A DNA stretch of 63,988 nucleotides, filler included, from Octopus bimaculoides (lineage: Eukaryota), in NCBI RefSeq assembly GCF_001194135.2. It is 3 parts of 2 records of this genome, joined end to end, with 100 filler letters (N's around TTAATTAATTAA, not from the genome) between each part and the next. Parts side by side here need not be neighbours in the genome. Positions count along the whole stretch, not along the records: positions 1 to 31,635 come from NC_068990.1; 2 more parts are not named here. One strand, given 5' to 3'. Positions 1 to 13,408 of the stretch are shown in pieces; position 1 is the stretch's first letter, and every line of letters starts with the position of its first letter. The notes beneath the pieces are model-generated. The model was not told the origin of the DNA and did no database searches. It saw only the letters and a list, made by a program, of their open reading frames with translations. A program made the position numbers and the translations under genes.

Positions 1-111
1 TATATATATACATACATATACATATATTTAACTAAATATATGTATATATACATATATACATATATAGAGAGAGAGAAAGAGGGAGACACATATCTATATA
101 TATGTATATAC

Positions 112-165
<54 letters not shown>

Positions 166-1768
166 ATGCATACACGCACACACATGCATGTGAACCTTTG
201 TATATGTGCGTAGTTTCGTGATCTTTGTTATGAAATCGGTTGCATTATTCTTGTGTTATATTATTGTTGCAAACATGGAATCGAATTTTTCTGCTGATCA
301 TTGAATTACACGTAATTATCAGGACCTGAAATCACGCGCAGTTTTCCAGATTTCTACCATATTTCATCATCATTTTCGATGACAATATTTCAGATGAACC
401 TATTTGCAGGTTTTGTATATAAATATATATATAATACATTCGTATACATACATACACACATCTATATACATGCTGACATGTACATACATATTCATATATA
501 TATATATATATATACATATATATAGATTTATAGATATGTGAGTGTATATATATATATATATATAATCGTAAACGTATTTATACATCTATGTGTATATTCA
601 TATTAATATATATGTATATATGTATATATGTATATATGTGCGTATGTATATATTTATGTGTCGTAGTGGGAATGAGCACAAACTTACATATGTATGTATA
701 TGTACATATATATGTATTTGTGTATGTATATATTCATGCATGTGTGTATGTATGAATATATATATACATACCATAATGTTAATGCTGTTAGTTACACGTA
801 GTTGCTCGAAAAGGTGTCACATCTAGAAGGGATTAAATCTATTTCCCGATAACACACCTGGAATTTCTTAGTATTTTCGACGGTTCGGTTCGATAATCTG
901 TTAATCGGATTTAAAATCTGGGATTGTGCTGGGCACAGCAAAACCCAAATCGTATTGCTTCTGATGAATTCTTTGCTTATTCTTGCAGCATTTTTCAGGT
1001 CCTCTTTTGCCATAAAGAAGTATTATCGCTCCCGAAATCTGATAAGAATTTTTATTCCTATGCTCAACAGCGCCGTGAGCGTTGTATCATTTTTATGACT
1101 TAGAAAGTATTCCATCAACGTTGCCCAAATGATGTTAGCAGCAAATTTCAAATACACCCATGGTTTGGTCCGTCTTTTACAAAAATGGAGTTTACTAAGA
1201 CATAACTATTTCACTTCAAACTGACCCTGCTCTCTTTAACATCATGCAAACCACATCAAGAAAGGAAAAGTCTCTAGAACATTCACACTGAGCCAAACTA
1301 TATTTGCCAAAATAGTCCTCATATGCCACCTACATTCGGTTATATTTCTGAAATATTAACTGTCACAAGAATTTCTGAAATATGAAACATAATTAAATAA
1401 CTTCTCTGGGTGGTACAAAGCGACTCATGCTCTGGTTCAATTCTGGCTGAAATATATCTAAATATTATGCGGCAAAATATGTAATGACAAGGTCAAAACT
1501 CTGTCATTCTCATGACATTCGTTAAATTTCCGATAATTTTTAAAATCGAGACATCTACATTGCTTTTACGTTCAAACCTATTGAAATGTAATCACATCTC
1601 AAAGAAATGAATATTTTCAGTTGCAAATATTTTCAGTTGTAACTAACGTTAATTATTATACAACGTTACTTATTAAAAGACACGCGTTCGCTGGACCTTA
1701 ATTTCTACCCTAGCTACTCGGATAAAGTTATACACATTATGAAATACAAATTCTTTACATACAAGAAT

Positions 1769-1854
1769 GTGAGATTTCTTTATTAGAAAGTGAGATTTCC
1801 TTATTAGAAAGTAAGATTTCCTTATTAGAAAGTGAGATTTCATCATTAGCAAAG
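1769..1854. repeat. 21-22 bp tandem repeat, 4 copies (GTGAGATTTC[C]TTATTAGAAA)
   Basis: Units start at 1769, 1790, 1811 and 1833. Confidence 0.9.
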
Positions 1855-1867
1855 TCTACGGATTTCA

Positions 1868-2080
1868 GTGTTGTATTGACCGTCACAAGATCGTGGTTTC
1901 GATTCTCAATGCGTGTTATGCATTATGCTCTCGAGCAAAACACTTTATTTCACGTTGCTTCAGTTAACGCAGATTTAAATGAGTGATTCATCGATGAGCT
2001 AGCGTCCTGTCCAGGGAAAGTGTTCTGGTCTTTGTCACTTATACATCATGAGAAACAAGTAACCGAACCTATCACCTTTA
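1868..2080 (+). mobile_element. Degenerate tRNA-derived SINE (family B)
   Basis: B-box-like GGTTTCGATTC followed by the GAGCAAAACACTTTATTTCACGTTGC core shared with 7896-8405 and 24380-24685. Confidence 0.7.
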
Positions 2081-2098
2081 TGTTGCGAAACTACTTAC

Positions 2099-2244
2099 TT
2101 CGCCATTGAAATTATGACAATCGGTTTAACAACAGCAGCATCCATAGCGATTTGTGGACAAATAAGATTAGAAAGAACGAAATGGTCGTGAGAACAACAG
2201 AGGTGGGGGTGAGACAAGAAGGCGGATAAACGCAAGAAGAGCAA
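2099..2244 (-). other. Candidate 146-nt exon of an unidentified transcript
   Basis: Long polypyrimidine tract ending CTCTCCAG acceptor, GAA|GTAAGT donor, relatively CpG-rich. One frame is open and ATGs lie near the 3' end. No homology recognised. Confidence 0.35.
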
Positions 2245-2503
2245 CTGGAGAGGCAAAGAATAAGAAAAAGCAGAGAAAATTACAAAAAAACTTAACAATG
2301 ATACCATTCTATGAAACTTTCAATCCATGAAGATATATGTATGTTAATATTTGTTTATAATTTAGTATGGTGGCTAAACTACATAGATATATTCTGCACT
2401 GTGGTATCGAAAATCAGAAACAGAATCAACAACAAAGGAAAGAAAGATTAATGCGCACACTGAAGGGCGAGATCCAAATGTTAGAAATAACGGCTAAATC
2501 GAA

Positions 2504-2592
<89 letters not shown>

Positions 2593-3378
2593 TTCAATAT
2601 CTTTAGAGAGATCATACTCATATTGGTTGACACATATGATATAACCTCTGCCTAAAAGTATGGGATGGCTAAACACTTTTGCAGTCAGGCATTGGACTAA
2701 ACAAGACAAACTATAATAGATTACTCCAAGAAAGCAATACAACTTAACGATGTCGGATTCTCCTTTTGTAAATTACTAATGAGGATCCGGAAATTGCTAA
2801 GCAGCTAGTGGAGACGATTTTTATATATTGATCAACTGTTTATACTGAACATCAGCTCACCCCGTCAATTATATCGATATTGCCTGTTCAGGTTCAAGAT
2901 GTGCTATGCGTCAGATGTCAGAGTGATCCAAAGAAACGTAAAACAAAATGTTTCGCTCAAGAATACAATGCATCGCCCGTTAGTGAACCGAAACCACAGG
3001 CCTCTAATAGTGAATGGAGCACCATAATAATCAAGCCACGTGCATTTGCAACTGAATGATACTCCAAAATAATCAATAAAACTCATCAACAACAAACGAA
3101 CATAAAATTTTGTGTTCTTTTTTTCAGGTCTTTCTTATGAGCTTCATGATCAAGACAATAAGTGAAAATATCAACCGCCTCTCATTCATTGTCTTACTCA
3201 CTCTCTCCCTCCGTCTAACAGCCCTCTATTATATGTTCCATGCATACAATATCTATCTATCTATCTAACTATCTATCTATCTATCAATCTATCTATCTAT
3301 CTATCTATCTAACTATATATCTATCTATCTGTCTGTCTGTCTATCTATTTATATGTTTGTCTGTCTATCTATCTGAAA

Positions 3379-3508
3379 GTTAATAAGGTTTGACCAACCA
3401 CCACCGCCACCACCACAATTTTTGAATGTTAAGACCAACCTAGTTTAAACATTCAAAAATGGTGGTGGTAGTGGTGGTGGCAGTGGTGGTTGGTCAAACC
3501 ATATTAAC
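3379..3508. mobile_element. Foldback/MITE-like palindrome with ~55-bp arms
   Basis: GTTAATAAGGTTTGACCAACCACCACC...TTTTTGAATGTT is inverted at AACATTCAAAAAT...GGTGGTTGGTCAAACCATATTAAC. Confidence 0.8.
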
Positions 3509-4426
3509 AGGAAAACTTCTTTCTAATGATCATAAGTACAGAACAGTTTCAATAAGCATTTTGTGAAGATAAGCTACAATTAAGGTTCCAACATGAAAAC
3601 AATCCTCTCAAGTAAATCCTCCAAGCAGATCCTCCCAAATTGCTGAGGCAGAGATACAGAAATTTCTTGGTTAGGTTAAGTATACAACATAAAGATAGCA
3701 GTGTACGAAGCTGAAGTCACTTCAACATGCCAAATCATATGATTAATCATAGAAAAATTACATAGGCATTAAATTTAATGCTTTGCTTAATTAGTTAATT
3801 GGTCAGTTTTGACACACCCAAGGATCTATAATAAAATATTTTGAAGCTCTCAATACACTCATGGGGCAACCCAACTCTCTGGGGCTGCCCCGTTTGCATC
3901 AATCTTTAATCAGCTTTGTGTAATCCTTATTCATTCATTTGAGTCTACAGGTCATGAATGTTCCCTTACATTATCTCCAATCAGCTGGTTTGACAGTTAG
4001 TGTGCAGATCTTCCAGTCAGTGTCATAAACTTAGTCATATTGCTTCATCAGTCAATAAAAGAATGATCTTCAAACACTAACTGGGCTTCCTGTCACCAAC
4101 TCGTGTTGTCCCACAATGCACACATATACAGTGGGAGATATTCTCTGTCTCTCCCTCCCTCTCACTCACCACCAGCATTACCATTTCTCTTCTGTTTCCT
4201 TCATCTGTTTTTTTTTTCTCCTCTGCTACATTCTTCTTAATTCTCAATATTTCCTCCATTGTACTGCTTGAATTATTTGATTTCTTCATTGAATGCATAC
4301 ATCTTACACTCAAAGAACACTACCCCCCTCTCTCCTCTCCCCCCCCCTCTACTTATTCAGCTATCAATCAGTTGTCATGCATGCATTCTATTAGCTGCAT
4401 GTTATGACTTCTGAAGACGCACACGC

Positions 4427-4459
<33 letters not shown>

Positions 4460-4571
4460 TGCACAAAGCAATACTGGTTTATTTGATGAAGTCTTCTAGG
4501 CAAGCCCAGCATTTGACGCTGATCAAAAACGCTACATAGTCATGAATCCAATCTTTTCCAGTTAGAATTTT

Positions 4572-5075
4572 ATGGTTCCGTTGTCATCTCAGTGCAATGC
4601 AAAAGCAGAAGTCTGGAGTGCAAAAAGTGAAGTGACAGGAAAACGAAAGATGAACAAGAATTCAAAAGAAAAAAACGTCATTACGAGAAAGTTAAGCGAT
4701 GAATATCCATCACCAGATGCAGAACCTATCTCAAGAACAAATCATAAACAAAACGACTTCATCAAAATCTCTGAGTGAAACCATTAATCGTAAACCACCT
4801 ACAGTGCTCAAAGGATTACTTCTGAAGATGAAGAGAACATCAGACACTTAAAACCGAGACATGCCTGGTAGATTCCATATTGGCATATGAATTCAAAGAA
4901 GTGTAGAAATCATTGAAAAACGTATTTATGAAGGATATATTCTCTTCCCCAAAAGATTTCCAAGCAATTGTGAACGGCAATCTTTTCTAGTTTGAATTTT
5001 TAAATACAGGTATCACAGCAATCGAGTGTCTTTGAGAAATCAGCTTGTTTAGAATGTCAACAAAAGTACCTTATT

Positions 5076-5110
<35 letters not shown>

Positions 5111-6140
5111 ATGCAGACTCTTTAGAAAAGTTGGAGTTAATTGCATTGGCTTTGATGACAGAAAATGGATGAACTCTCACAGAAAAATGGATAAGTCTAT
5201 GTAAAAACCAGCATAAATTGAATTATGCAACAATCGATTCAAACGAAGGAATCATTTAATAATTGCATCAAACATTTTCTGCATAAGCAAATTATAACAG
5301 AGGAAGTCGACTGGACTAATATTTTCCACTGTCTAACTGACATCCTCTTATTTTTGGGTGGAAGGGAACTAGCATTCTATGATAGCACTCTTCTGATTGG
5401 CTGTGTTCACAATGGTAAATTCCTTTGGGCTCCCTTATTTGAAAGCCATGTCAGGAAGGTCAGAGAAAGTCGAGAGAAAGGTGAAAGTCGCCAGTATGTT
5501 ATTTGTCAGTTGAATCACAAAATGAATTTATTTCTGTTTGCTCTGATCTTGTTTTCAAAGACTTACTCTCCGGAAGATCAAAGACAAAATACTATTCAAC
5601 AACAGTTGATGCCACACCTGATTCTTCACATGTTAAACAGGCAACATTTATCATACGTTTCCTTTAAAGAATAAATTGGTGAGTTAAAGATTAAAGTGAC
5701 ATTTCTATCTTTTGAAGACTGTCGTAAGAATGCAGGTTCTGAGATTGCAAACCGGATCTAAAGAAACATTGAAGAAAAATAGCATTCTCTTGGAAGATTT
5801 CAGTGGTCAAGGATCCAACAATGGTACTAATATAGCAGGCAACTATTTACAAGGGAGTACAAAGGATATCACATACTGAAACATTTTATTCCTCTTTCCT
5901 CATCGTGTGGATGCCGTATGGTGAATTTGTGTGATCCCACATAGGGCAGTACTGTAGGGAAGCAGCTGCCATCTTTGGAACTGCTGGGAGTGTCTGATAT
6001 TTTTCCCTCTACTGCAAAAAAATTGTTGATTCTTCTGATACAGACAAACTGTCAATCATTACATCATGTGTCTACTACTTGTGGATCATTCAGAATCGAT
6101 ATTATGAAATCATTTGCCTCAAATATGTCTGTTTATCTTT
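4572..6140 (+). pseudogene. hAT-superfamily transposase remnant (DUF4371/ZMYM1-like), frameshifted
   Basis: Motifs in order: DILLFLGGRELAF...IGCVHNGKFL; YYSTTVDATPDSSHVKQATFIIRF (first catalytic D); FSGQGSNNGTNIAG (cf. CRGQGYDNGSNMSG); SSCGCRMVNLC; WSFRID. Confidence 0.85.
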
Positions 6141-6252
6141 GTAAACATTAGCAAGAAAACCAAAAATAAAAATACTGTACTTTTGTCACTTTTTGTCATT
6201 TTGCAGCTGAAAATATGGTGAACCAGTGGCTAGCTCTTCGGATACTTTATTA

Positions 6253-6423
6253 CACTAGCATAGCTAGAGGAGAGTGGAGGGGGGCAGTCCACCCCATGCA
6301 GCGCTTTTATGGGGGTTGCACCACTTTTGGGTTTGCTGTCAGCAATATGTGTTTTTTGTGGGGTCCTAAGGGCAGCAAACTGAAGGGCCACCATAGGCGG
6401 CACACACACTGGCTATGCTAGTG
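6253..6423. mobile_element. hAT-like MITE
   Basis: 15-bp TIRs CACTAGCATAGCTAG / CTGGCTATGCTAGTG (14/15). Flanking 8-mers CTTTATTA and TTTTGTCA match only 5/8. Confidence 0.7.
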
Positions 6424-7024
6424 TTTTGTCAACCAATTGTGACATAATTTTTTTAAAATTAAATAAACATATATTAAAGGTTTTGATGTATGTACACAAG
6501 TGAAAAGGAATATGTAATACTTAGCATTACTTTCTTCTTTCACTGAATCACTTGATTTTTCTAGGTATCCCACATGCCCCATACAGTTTATGGTTAGAGG
6601 CTTGTTTCATCACTTGTATTTTCACACTGCTTTAATTCATCCTCATCATCATCATCATCATCATCATCATCTTTCAACAAGCTCTGCCTCTCAGTGTATC
6701 AAATTTCAACTTTGCATATTCCAATAATTTAGGGATTAATCCATGTTAATCACATCGCATCATTGCATCCAAATGGTTTAATGACTAAACTTAAACTAAA
6801 GCAATGTCAAGTTTGATAAAATTACGAGTGTTTCCACAGCGAAATAAAACATGCATTGAGTGATGGTTAATAAGAATATTAGTAAGGGCATGAGAAAAAT
6901 TTCAACAAGATCAATCATGCTAAAAGCCTACAACTGAATACCCACCATTACGAACCGGGTTTTGAATTTGAAGTTTAAATTTAAGATTCAGATTTAAAAT
7001 TTTGATCTTATATATTGTAATATA

Positions 7025-7123
7025 GTGAAGGCGCATGGCTCAATGTTTAGGGTATCAGGCTTACAGTTGTGGGGTTGTGAGTTCATTTCCAGGATATATG
7101 TATGTATGTATGTGTGTGTATGT

Positions 7124-7175
<52 letters not shown>

Positions 7176-7400
7176 GTTTGTGTCTCCTTGTCGACATCAG
7201 GTAATAGTTGTAAAGGAATATCATTCTTTTCTAATATTCGGTGACAAAATGTCTAGCCACGGGGAAATATTACCTTGTTTGGAAACAAATTTAGGCAACA
7301 AAGAGGGTAGAGACATCTGGTTGTAGGAGATTTGCCTCAGTAAAACTCCATCTTACACACACAAGCATGGAAAAGTAAAAAAAACAATAGTGATGATGGT
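7025..7400 (+). mobile_element. tRNA-headed SINE with RTE-type 3' tail
   Basis: GGCGCATGGCTCAATGTTTAG head and GAGTTCATTTCC B-box, internal (TG)n, tail ...GCATGGAAAAG followed by (GAT)n. Confidence 0.65.
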
Positions 7401-7497
7401 GATGATGATGATGATGAACGTGATTATGGTGGTGGTGGTGGTGATAGTGGTGGTGGTGGTGGTGTTGGTGATGGTGGTGGTGGTGATGATGATGGTC

Positions 7498-7531
<34 letters not shown>

Positions 7532-7895
7532 CGGCGATGATGATGATAACAATGATGATGATGAGGATTATGATAATGGAACATGATATGTAGAGAGATC
7601 GGTGTGTCTGTAATTAATCATAATCTGTTTCCATAAAAATCCAAACAGAAATCAACATTCTGAGATGATGATATATCCTCACTCAATCATAATCCAGTTC
7701 AATAAATCTACATCTAAAATACATTTTGGTGATGACTACTTGCCACGCCATAAGAAGGATTATTTCAATGAATAAAAAAAACAAAAAAAAAAAAAAANNN
7801 NNNNNNNAAAAAAAAAAAAAAAAAAAAAAAACATGATTAAAATACAGGTTGGCTCAAAAGTCACTTGACCATTTTTTTAAAAATGTCTTTTGAAG

Positions 7896-8405
7896 GTAAA
7901 AGTAAAGTTACCTTCTCGCATCATGCTGACTCATAAGGGCCAGTTTTCTGGTTTCCATGGTGAATAGATTATCCACCTGGAGGGGACACCAGTCCATCGT
8001 AGGGTTACTCACTTTTGTCAGCTGAGTGGACTGGAGCGACGTGAAATGAAGTGTTTTGCTCAAGAACACAATGTGTTGCCCAGTCCAGGAATTGAAATCA
8101 CAATCTTATGATTATGAATCCAACACCCTAACTGCTAAGCCACAGGCCTTCAAAACAGGTAAAGTTATCTTCTCGAGTTGTACTGGCTCAGAAGGGCTGG
8201 TTTCCCAGTTTCATGGCGCATAAATTACTCACCTGGACGGGATGCCGGTCTGTCACAGGGTGACTCATTTTTGCCAGCTGAGTGGACAGGAGCAATACAA
8301 AATGAAGTGCTTTGCTCAAAAACACAATGAATCGTCCAGTCCAGAAACTGAAACCGCAATCATACAATAATGAGTCTGTCACTCTAACCCCTAAGCCACG
8401 CACCC
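7896..8405 (-). mobile_element. Two tandem copies of SINE family B (7896-8150 and 8158-8405)
   Basis: Both show AAAGTTA(C/T)CTTCTCG...CAGCTGAGTGGAC(T/A)GGAGC...AAGTG(T/C)TTTGCTCAA..ACACAATG and a tRNA-like head on the minus strand. Confidence 0.8.
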
Positions 8406-8424
8406 CCACTAAAATATTTTTCAC

Positions 8425-8641
8425 TTCTTACCTGTTTCATTCATTAGACTACAGCCAAACCGCTAAGTTACAGGGAAGTAAACACACCAACATTGGTTGT
8501 CAAGCGATGGTGGGAGGACAAACACAGACACACAAATACATACATATATATATATTTATTTATTTATTTATATACGATGGGCTTCTTTCAGTTTCCATCA
8601 ATGAAATCCAATCACATGGCTTTGGTCAGCCTCAAGCTATA
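8425..8641 (-). mobile_element. CORE-like SINE (family A), partial
   Basis: Reverse complement of the body at 13648-14031. Confidence 0.8.
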
Positions 8642-8719
8642 TATATATAGTTGAAATTTACAGAAAAACAAAGGACGAAGACAGGTGTATTAGTTTAACA
8701 CTCGGGAAGGTGAGAAAGT

Positions 8720-8756
8720 CTTTTACGTTTCGAGCCTAAGCTCTTCAACAGAAAGG
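8720..8756 (-). ncRNA. Minimal type I hammerhead ribozyme variant within a PLE-type repeat (~8650-8830)
   Basis: CCTTT-CTGTTGA-A-GAGC(TTAG)GCTC-GAAAC-GTA-AAAG: stem I CTTT/AAAG, stem II GAGC/GCTC, palindromic ACGT stem III, GUA site. The core has A6U. Confidence 0.6.
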
Positions 8757-8907
8757 AACACAACGAAATAAATGGAGAGAGAATAAAAAAATAGCTTCTG
8801 GAGCTAGCGGTCAATCATGGCCCCATAATTGTAGACATATAAGGCGAGAGTGAGGGGGGAGGGAGAGAGGAAGAAACTGAGACAGACAGACAGACAGACA
8901 GACAGGC

Positions 8908-8943
<36 letters not shown>

Positions 8944-9102
8944 GGCCATATATATAGATAGATGGCCATATATATATATACATATAAACATGTTATCCAT
9001 CTAAATATATGTATGTATGTATGTATGCATATATACATAGATACATACATACATACATACATACACATATAGATATATATATATATATAAATACATGCAT
9101 AC

Positions 9103-9152
<50 letters not shown>

Positions 9153-9172
9153 ATATATATATNNNNNNNNNN

Positions 9173-9241
<69 letters not shown>

Positions 9242-9552
9242 ATATTTACATATATATTATATTCAAATATATACTCAAGCAATCTTCAGACACCTCCACA
9301 CTCACTCGCTCACTCACACACACACACACACACACACATACACTCACATACACGCTCACTGACACACTCGCACCTTCCCACACTCACACACACATCACGG
9401 CAGACATCTTCTAAAGTGTGTGTATATGAAAGTACTTAAATGATTTAATTAAATAGCTGCAAGATTAAATTAATATTAAGGAAATTAGACCTGCTGACAT
9501 TCCCGTTCTGACTCTTGTGTTTCTGAAGCTGCTACACTTACTGTCACTTTAT

Positions 9553-9663
9553 TAGATTTGACATCAGATGGCATCCGACGACACCGTTCTGTTGCTTTAA
9601 TTCCATCACACTCGTATCACAAAATAGATTTGACATCAGATGGCATCCGACGACACCGTTCTG
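9553..9663. repeat. 72-bp minisatellite running into a gap
   Basis: TAGATTTGACATCAGATGGCATCCGACGACACCGTTCTG occurs identically at 9553 and 9625. Confidence 0.85.
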
Positions 9664-10179
9664 NNNNNNNNNNNNNNNNNNNNNNNNNNNNNNNNNNNNN
9701 NNNNNNNNNNNNNNNNNNNNNNNNNNNNNNNNNNNNNNNNNNNNNNNNNNNNNNNNNNNNNNNNNNNNNNNNNNNNNNNNNNNNNNNNNNNNNNNNNNNN
9801 NNNNNNNNNNNNNNNNNNNNNNNNNNNNNNNNNNNNNNNNNNNNNNNNNNNNNNNNNNNNNNNNNNNNNNNNNNNNNNNNNNNNNNNNNNNNNNNNNNNN
9901 NNNNNNNNNNNNNNNNNNNNNNNNNNNNNNNNNNNNNNNNNNNNNNNNNNNNNNNNNNNNNNNNNNNNNNNNNNNNNNNNNNNNNNNNNNNNNNNNNNNN
10001 NNNNNNNNNNNNNNNNNNNNNNNNNNNNNNNNNNNNNNNNNNNNNNNNNNNNNNNAGAGAGAGAGAGAGAAAGACGGAGAGAGAGAGAGAGAAAGACGGA
10101 GAGAGAGAGAGAGAAAGAGGGAGAGAGTGCAAAAAGCAAAATGGTGTAGTAAAAGAGTCTGTGTGTGAGTGTTTGTGTG

Positions 10180-10223
<44 letters not shown>

Positions 10224-10712
10224 TATGTGCAAGTATCAAACGAAAGCATGTGTGTGTGTATGTGCATGTATAGGCATGTATGTGCATGCATGTGTATGTG
10301 TATATGTGTGTTGTGGGTGCAAGAAGAATAGCAAGAGAGAGAGAGAGAGAGAGAAAGAAAGGGAGACAGGGGGGGAAAAATAGAGGTTATGTAAGAAACA
10401 GAAAGACTCATGAAATAAGACAGAGAGAGAGAAAGAGAGAGAAAGAGAGACATTAGGCAAGAATTGGAAAGGGGAGAAAGAATAAAAGTAAAGGAAAGAG
10501 AGAGGAAAAGAGAGAGAGAATGACTGGGGGGGGGGCAGAGGGAGGCAGAAGAGATGTTGTACCTACACTTTTTTATTTTTTTATTTTTTCCCCAGTAACA
10601 GACAATTCTGAAGGAAAGTAATTCAATTGTGTTCCTCTCTAACTTGGTAAGAACAAATTTCAGATATGAACTTCCATATTGAGCTACATATATATACATA
10701 CATATATATGTT

Positions 10713-10744
<32 letters not shown>

Positions 10745-10765
10745 TGTATGTATGTATATACATGC

Positions 10766-10806
<41 letters not shown>

Positions 10807-11867
10807 NNNNNNNNNNNNNNNNNNNNNNNNNNNNNNNNNNNNNNNNNNNNNNNNNNNNNNNNNNNNNNNNNNNNNNNNNNNNNNNNNNNNNNNNNNNNNN
10901 NNNNNNNNNNNNNNNNNNNNNNNNNNNNNNNNNNNNNNNNNNNNNNNNNNNNNNNNNNNNNNNNNNNNNNNNNNNNNNNNNNNNNNNNNNNNNNNNNNNN
11001 NNNNNNNNNNNNNNNNNNNNNNNNNNNNNNNNNNNNNNNNNNNNNNNNNNNNNNNNNNNNNNNNNNNNNNNNNNNNNNNNNNNNNNNNNNNNNNNNNNNN
11101 NNNNNNNNNNNNNNNNNNNNNNNNNNNNNNNNNNNNNNNNNNNNNNNNNNNNNNNNNNNNNNNNNNNNNNNNNNNNNNNNNNNNNNNNNNNNNNNNNNNN
11201 NNNNNNNNNNNNNNNNNNNNNNNNNNNNNNNNNNNNNNNNNNNNNNNNNNNNNNNNNNNNNNNNNNNNNNNNNNNNNNNNNNNNNNNNNNNNNNNNNNNN
11301 NNNNNNNNNNNNNNNNNNNNNNNNNNNNNNNNNNNNNNNNNNNNNNNNNNNNNNNNNNNNNNNNNNNNNNTATATATAGTTCTGTATAACACAATATCTG
11401 ACTCATACGTAAGAATACAACATCAACAACAACAAAGACAACCTCAGCCATGATCGTGGCAGGAGAATGAATTGATGAAGCAGAAGTCGAATCCAAGAAT
11501 TCAATGATGTTTGCAATGGAAGAACTCGTAGCACATTGAAAAGCCATGGAACCTTCGAGCTATGGCTTAATACTATAGGCATTGTCTGACATGCAGTTGG
11601 TCGACTGGCTGGTTAGCATGTAAAGATGTTAAAAACAAACCGAACCCTGAAACCTGGATATTAAGTGCAAAAACCTACCACAATCCAATGTGGTTGAGCA
11701 CTTAATTCTAATTATTCTAATGCCTTCACCTTTCAATCATATTTTCTCCTATTGATGAAAATGCAATTTCTAAGAGATTTATAAACATTGTACATCACTA
11801 GTATAAGGTCCTTCTCAAGATTTCTATGTACCACTGGTGCTTGGTTCAGCTTAGTACATATATAGAT

Positions 11868-12063
11868 GCCAGCATGGCTGTGTGGTAAAAGGCTTGCTTC
11901 CCAGCTGCATGGTTCCAGGTTCAGTCCCACTGCATGGCACTTTGGGCAAGTGTCTTCTACTATAGTCTCAAGTTGACCAAAGTCTTGTGAGGGGATTTGG
12001 TAGATGGAAACTGAAAGAAGCCTGTCATATATACATATATATTTGTATGTATGTATGTATGTA

Positions 12064-12094
<31 letters not shown>

Positions 12095-12100
12095 CTTTGT
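11868..12100 (+). mobile_element. CORE-like SINE (family A), 5' half
   Basis: GGCTGTGTGGTAAAAGGCTTG A-box region, GGTTCAGTCCC B-box, GGCACTTTGGGCAAGTGTCTT core. Confidence 0.85.
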
Positions 12101-12902
12101 GTCAAAATTTGATACCTACATGTATGACATGTATTAATATGTATAACATGTAGTAAAATGTTTATAACATGTATCATCACATATATAATATGTATTAACA
12201 GCTTAGAGGTATTACTATGTATAACAACATGTATTCATGTGTGTTACATATTGCCATGTATAAGAGGTATAATTACATACATTTTAATATGTACAACATG
12301 TGGCTATAACCAAAAGCAACATGAATATTATCCCAATTTTTCCAGTTCATATCGATTTACAAATGATCATGAATATTTCTACATGAAACCAAAATAAACT
12401 CAAAAAAATAACCAAAAGACATTATTTATATATTGCAAGAAAAGGCATTAGATTTGATTATTTCCAATGCTTTTGAAAATTCTATATAGTATATAGCATT
12501 GATTATATAGAACTAAAAGCTTCATATCAGAAAGTAGCAATTGAAGCAAGGTAGAGAATATGTATATAGATTATAGTACCCCCAGTACCCTTGCTTTATT
12601 GCTTAACTTAAATGAATGCGATTGACATTGGAAGTATAGCTGATACGCAATAGCAAAGTCATAAATGTAAAATATGGAAGCTGTTTCATAAAGAAGCTCA
12701 CTTTACGATAGTAAAGTGGTTTGGGATTCAATCCTACCACATGGCACCTTGGGAAAGAATGTGTTTTACTATAGCTCCAGATGACTAATGTTTTGCAAGT
12801 GAATTTGGTAGAGGGAAACTGTACTATGTCTGCAAGTTGATGAATACCACATATTCCACCCCCCCCATTTTCTTATTGCTATATATATATTAATATATAT
12901 TA

Positions 12903-12960
<58 letters not shown>

Positions 12961-13408
12961 TAATATGTATATATTTATTATGAGGATGTTTAAACTTCTT
13001 TTAGGGATCGCTTTATCCAAAATACTCTGGTTTGATATATTATATTTTGAAGAAATATTTCTGCAATGAATACATTATAAAACATCAAATGTTATTAATA
13101 AGTTTGGAGATGGAGAGATTCAAATCATTATAAATTAATTTATTAATTATTTAACATTGCCTACAATTGTTTCACTTCTCACTCAATTTGAATTACAAAA
13201 CATATATAATAATATAAGCTTGCATTTTGAGTAACATGGGTGGAAGATCTTCAGGGCATACAGGACTTTACAGAATTTACATTTTGATCAGTTAAAATAT
13301 TCCAACAAACTAAGCAGACAAAAGCGTTTACTCTGTGTGTGTGAGTGTGTGTGTGTGTGTATTAATACCAGGAGATGAATTGAACAGGCTTTATTATATA
13401 TTACTACA

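Noticed and set aside
792-1038. 73-aa minus-strand ORF and a possible 180-nt exon (1038-859)
   Set aside because: All three frames from the candidate acceptor hit stops before the donor, and no homology was recognised.
961-1040. CTGATGA followed by GAAA
   Set aside because: No pairing for stems I, II or III; a chance core match.
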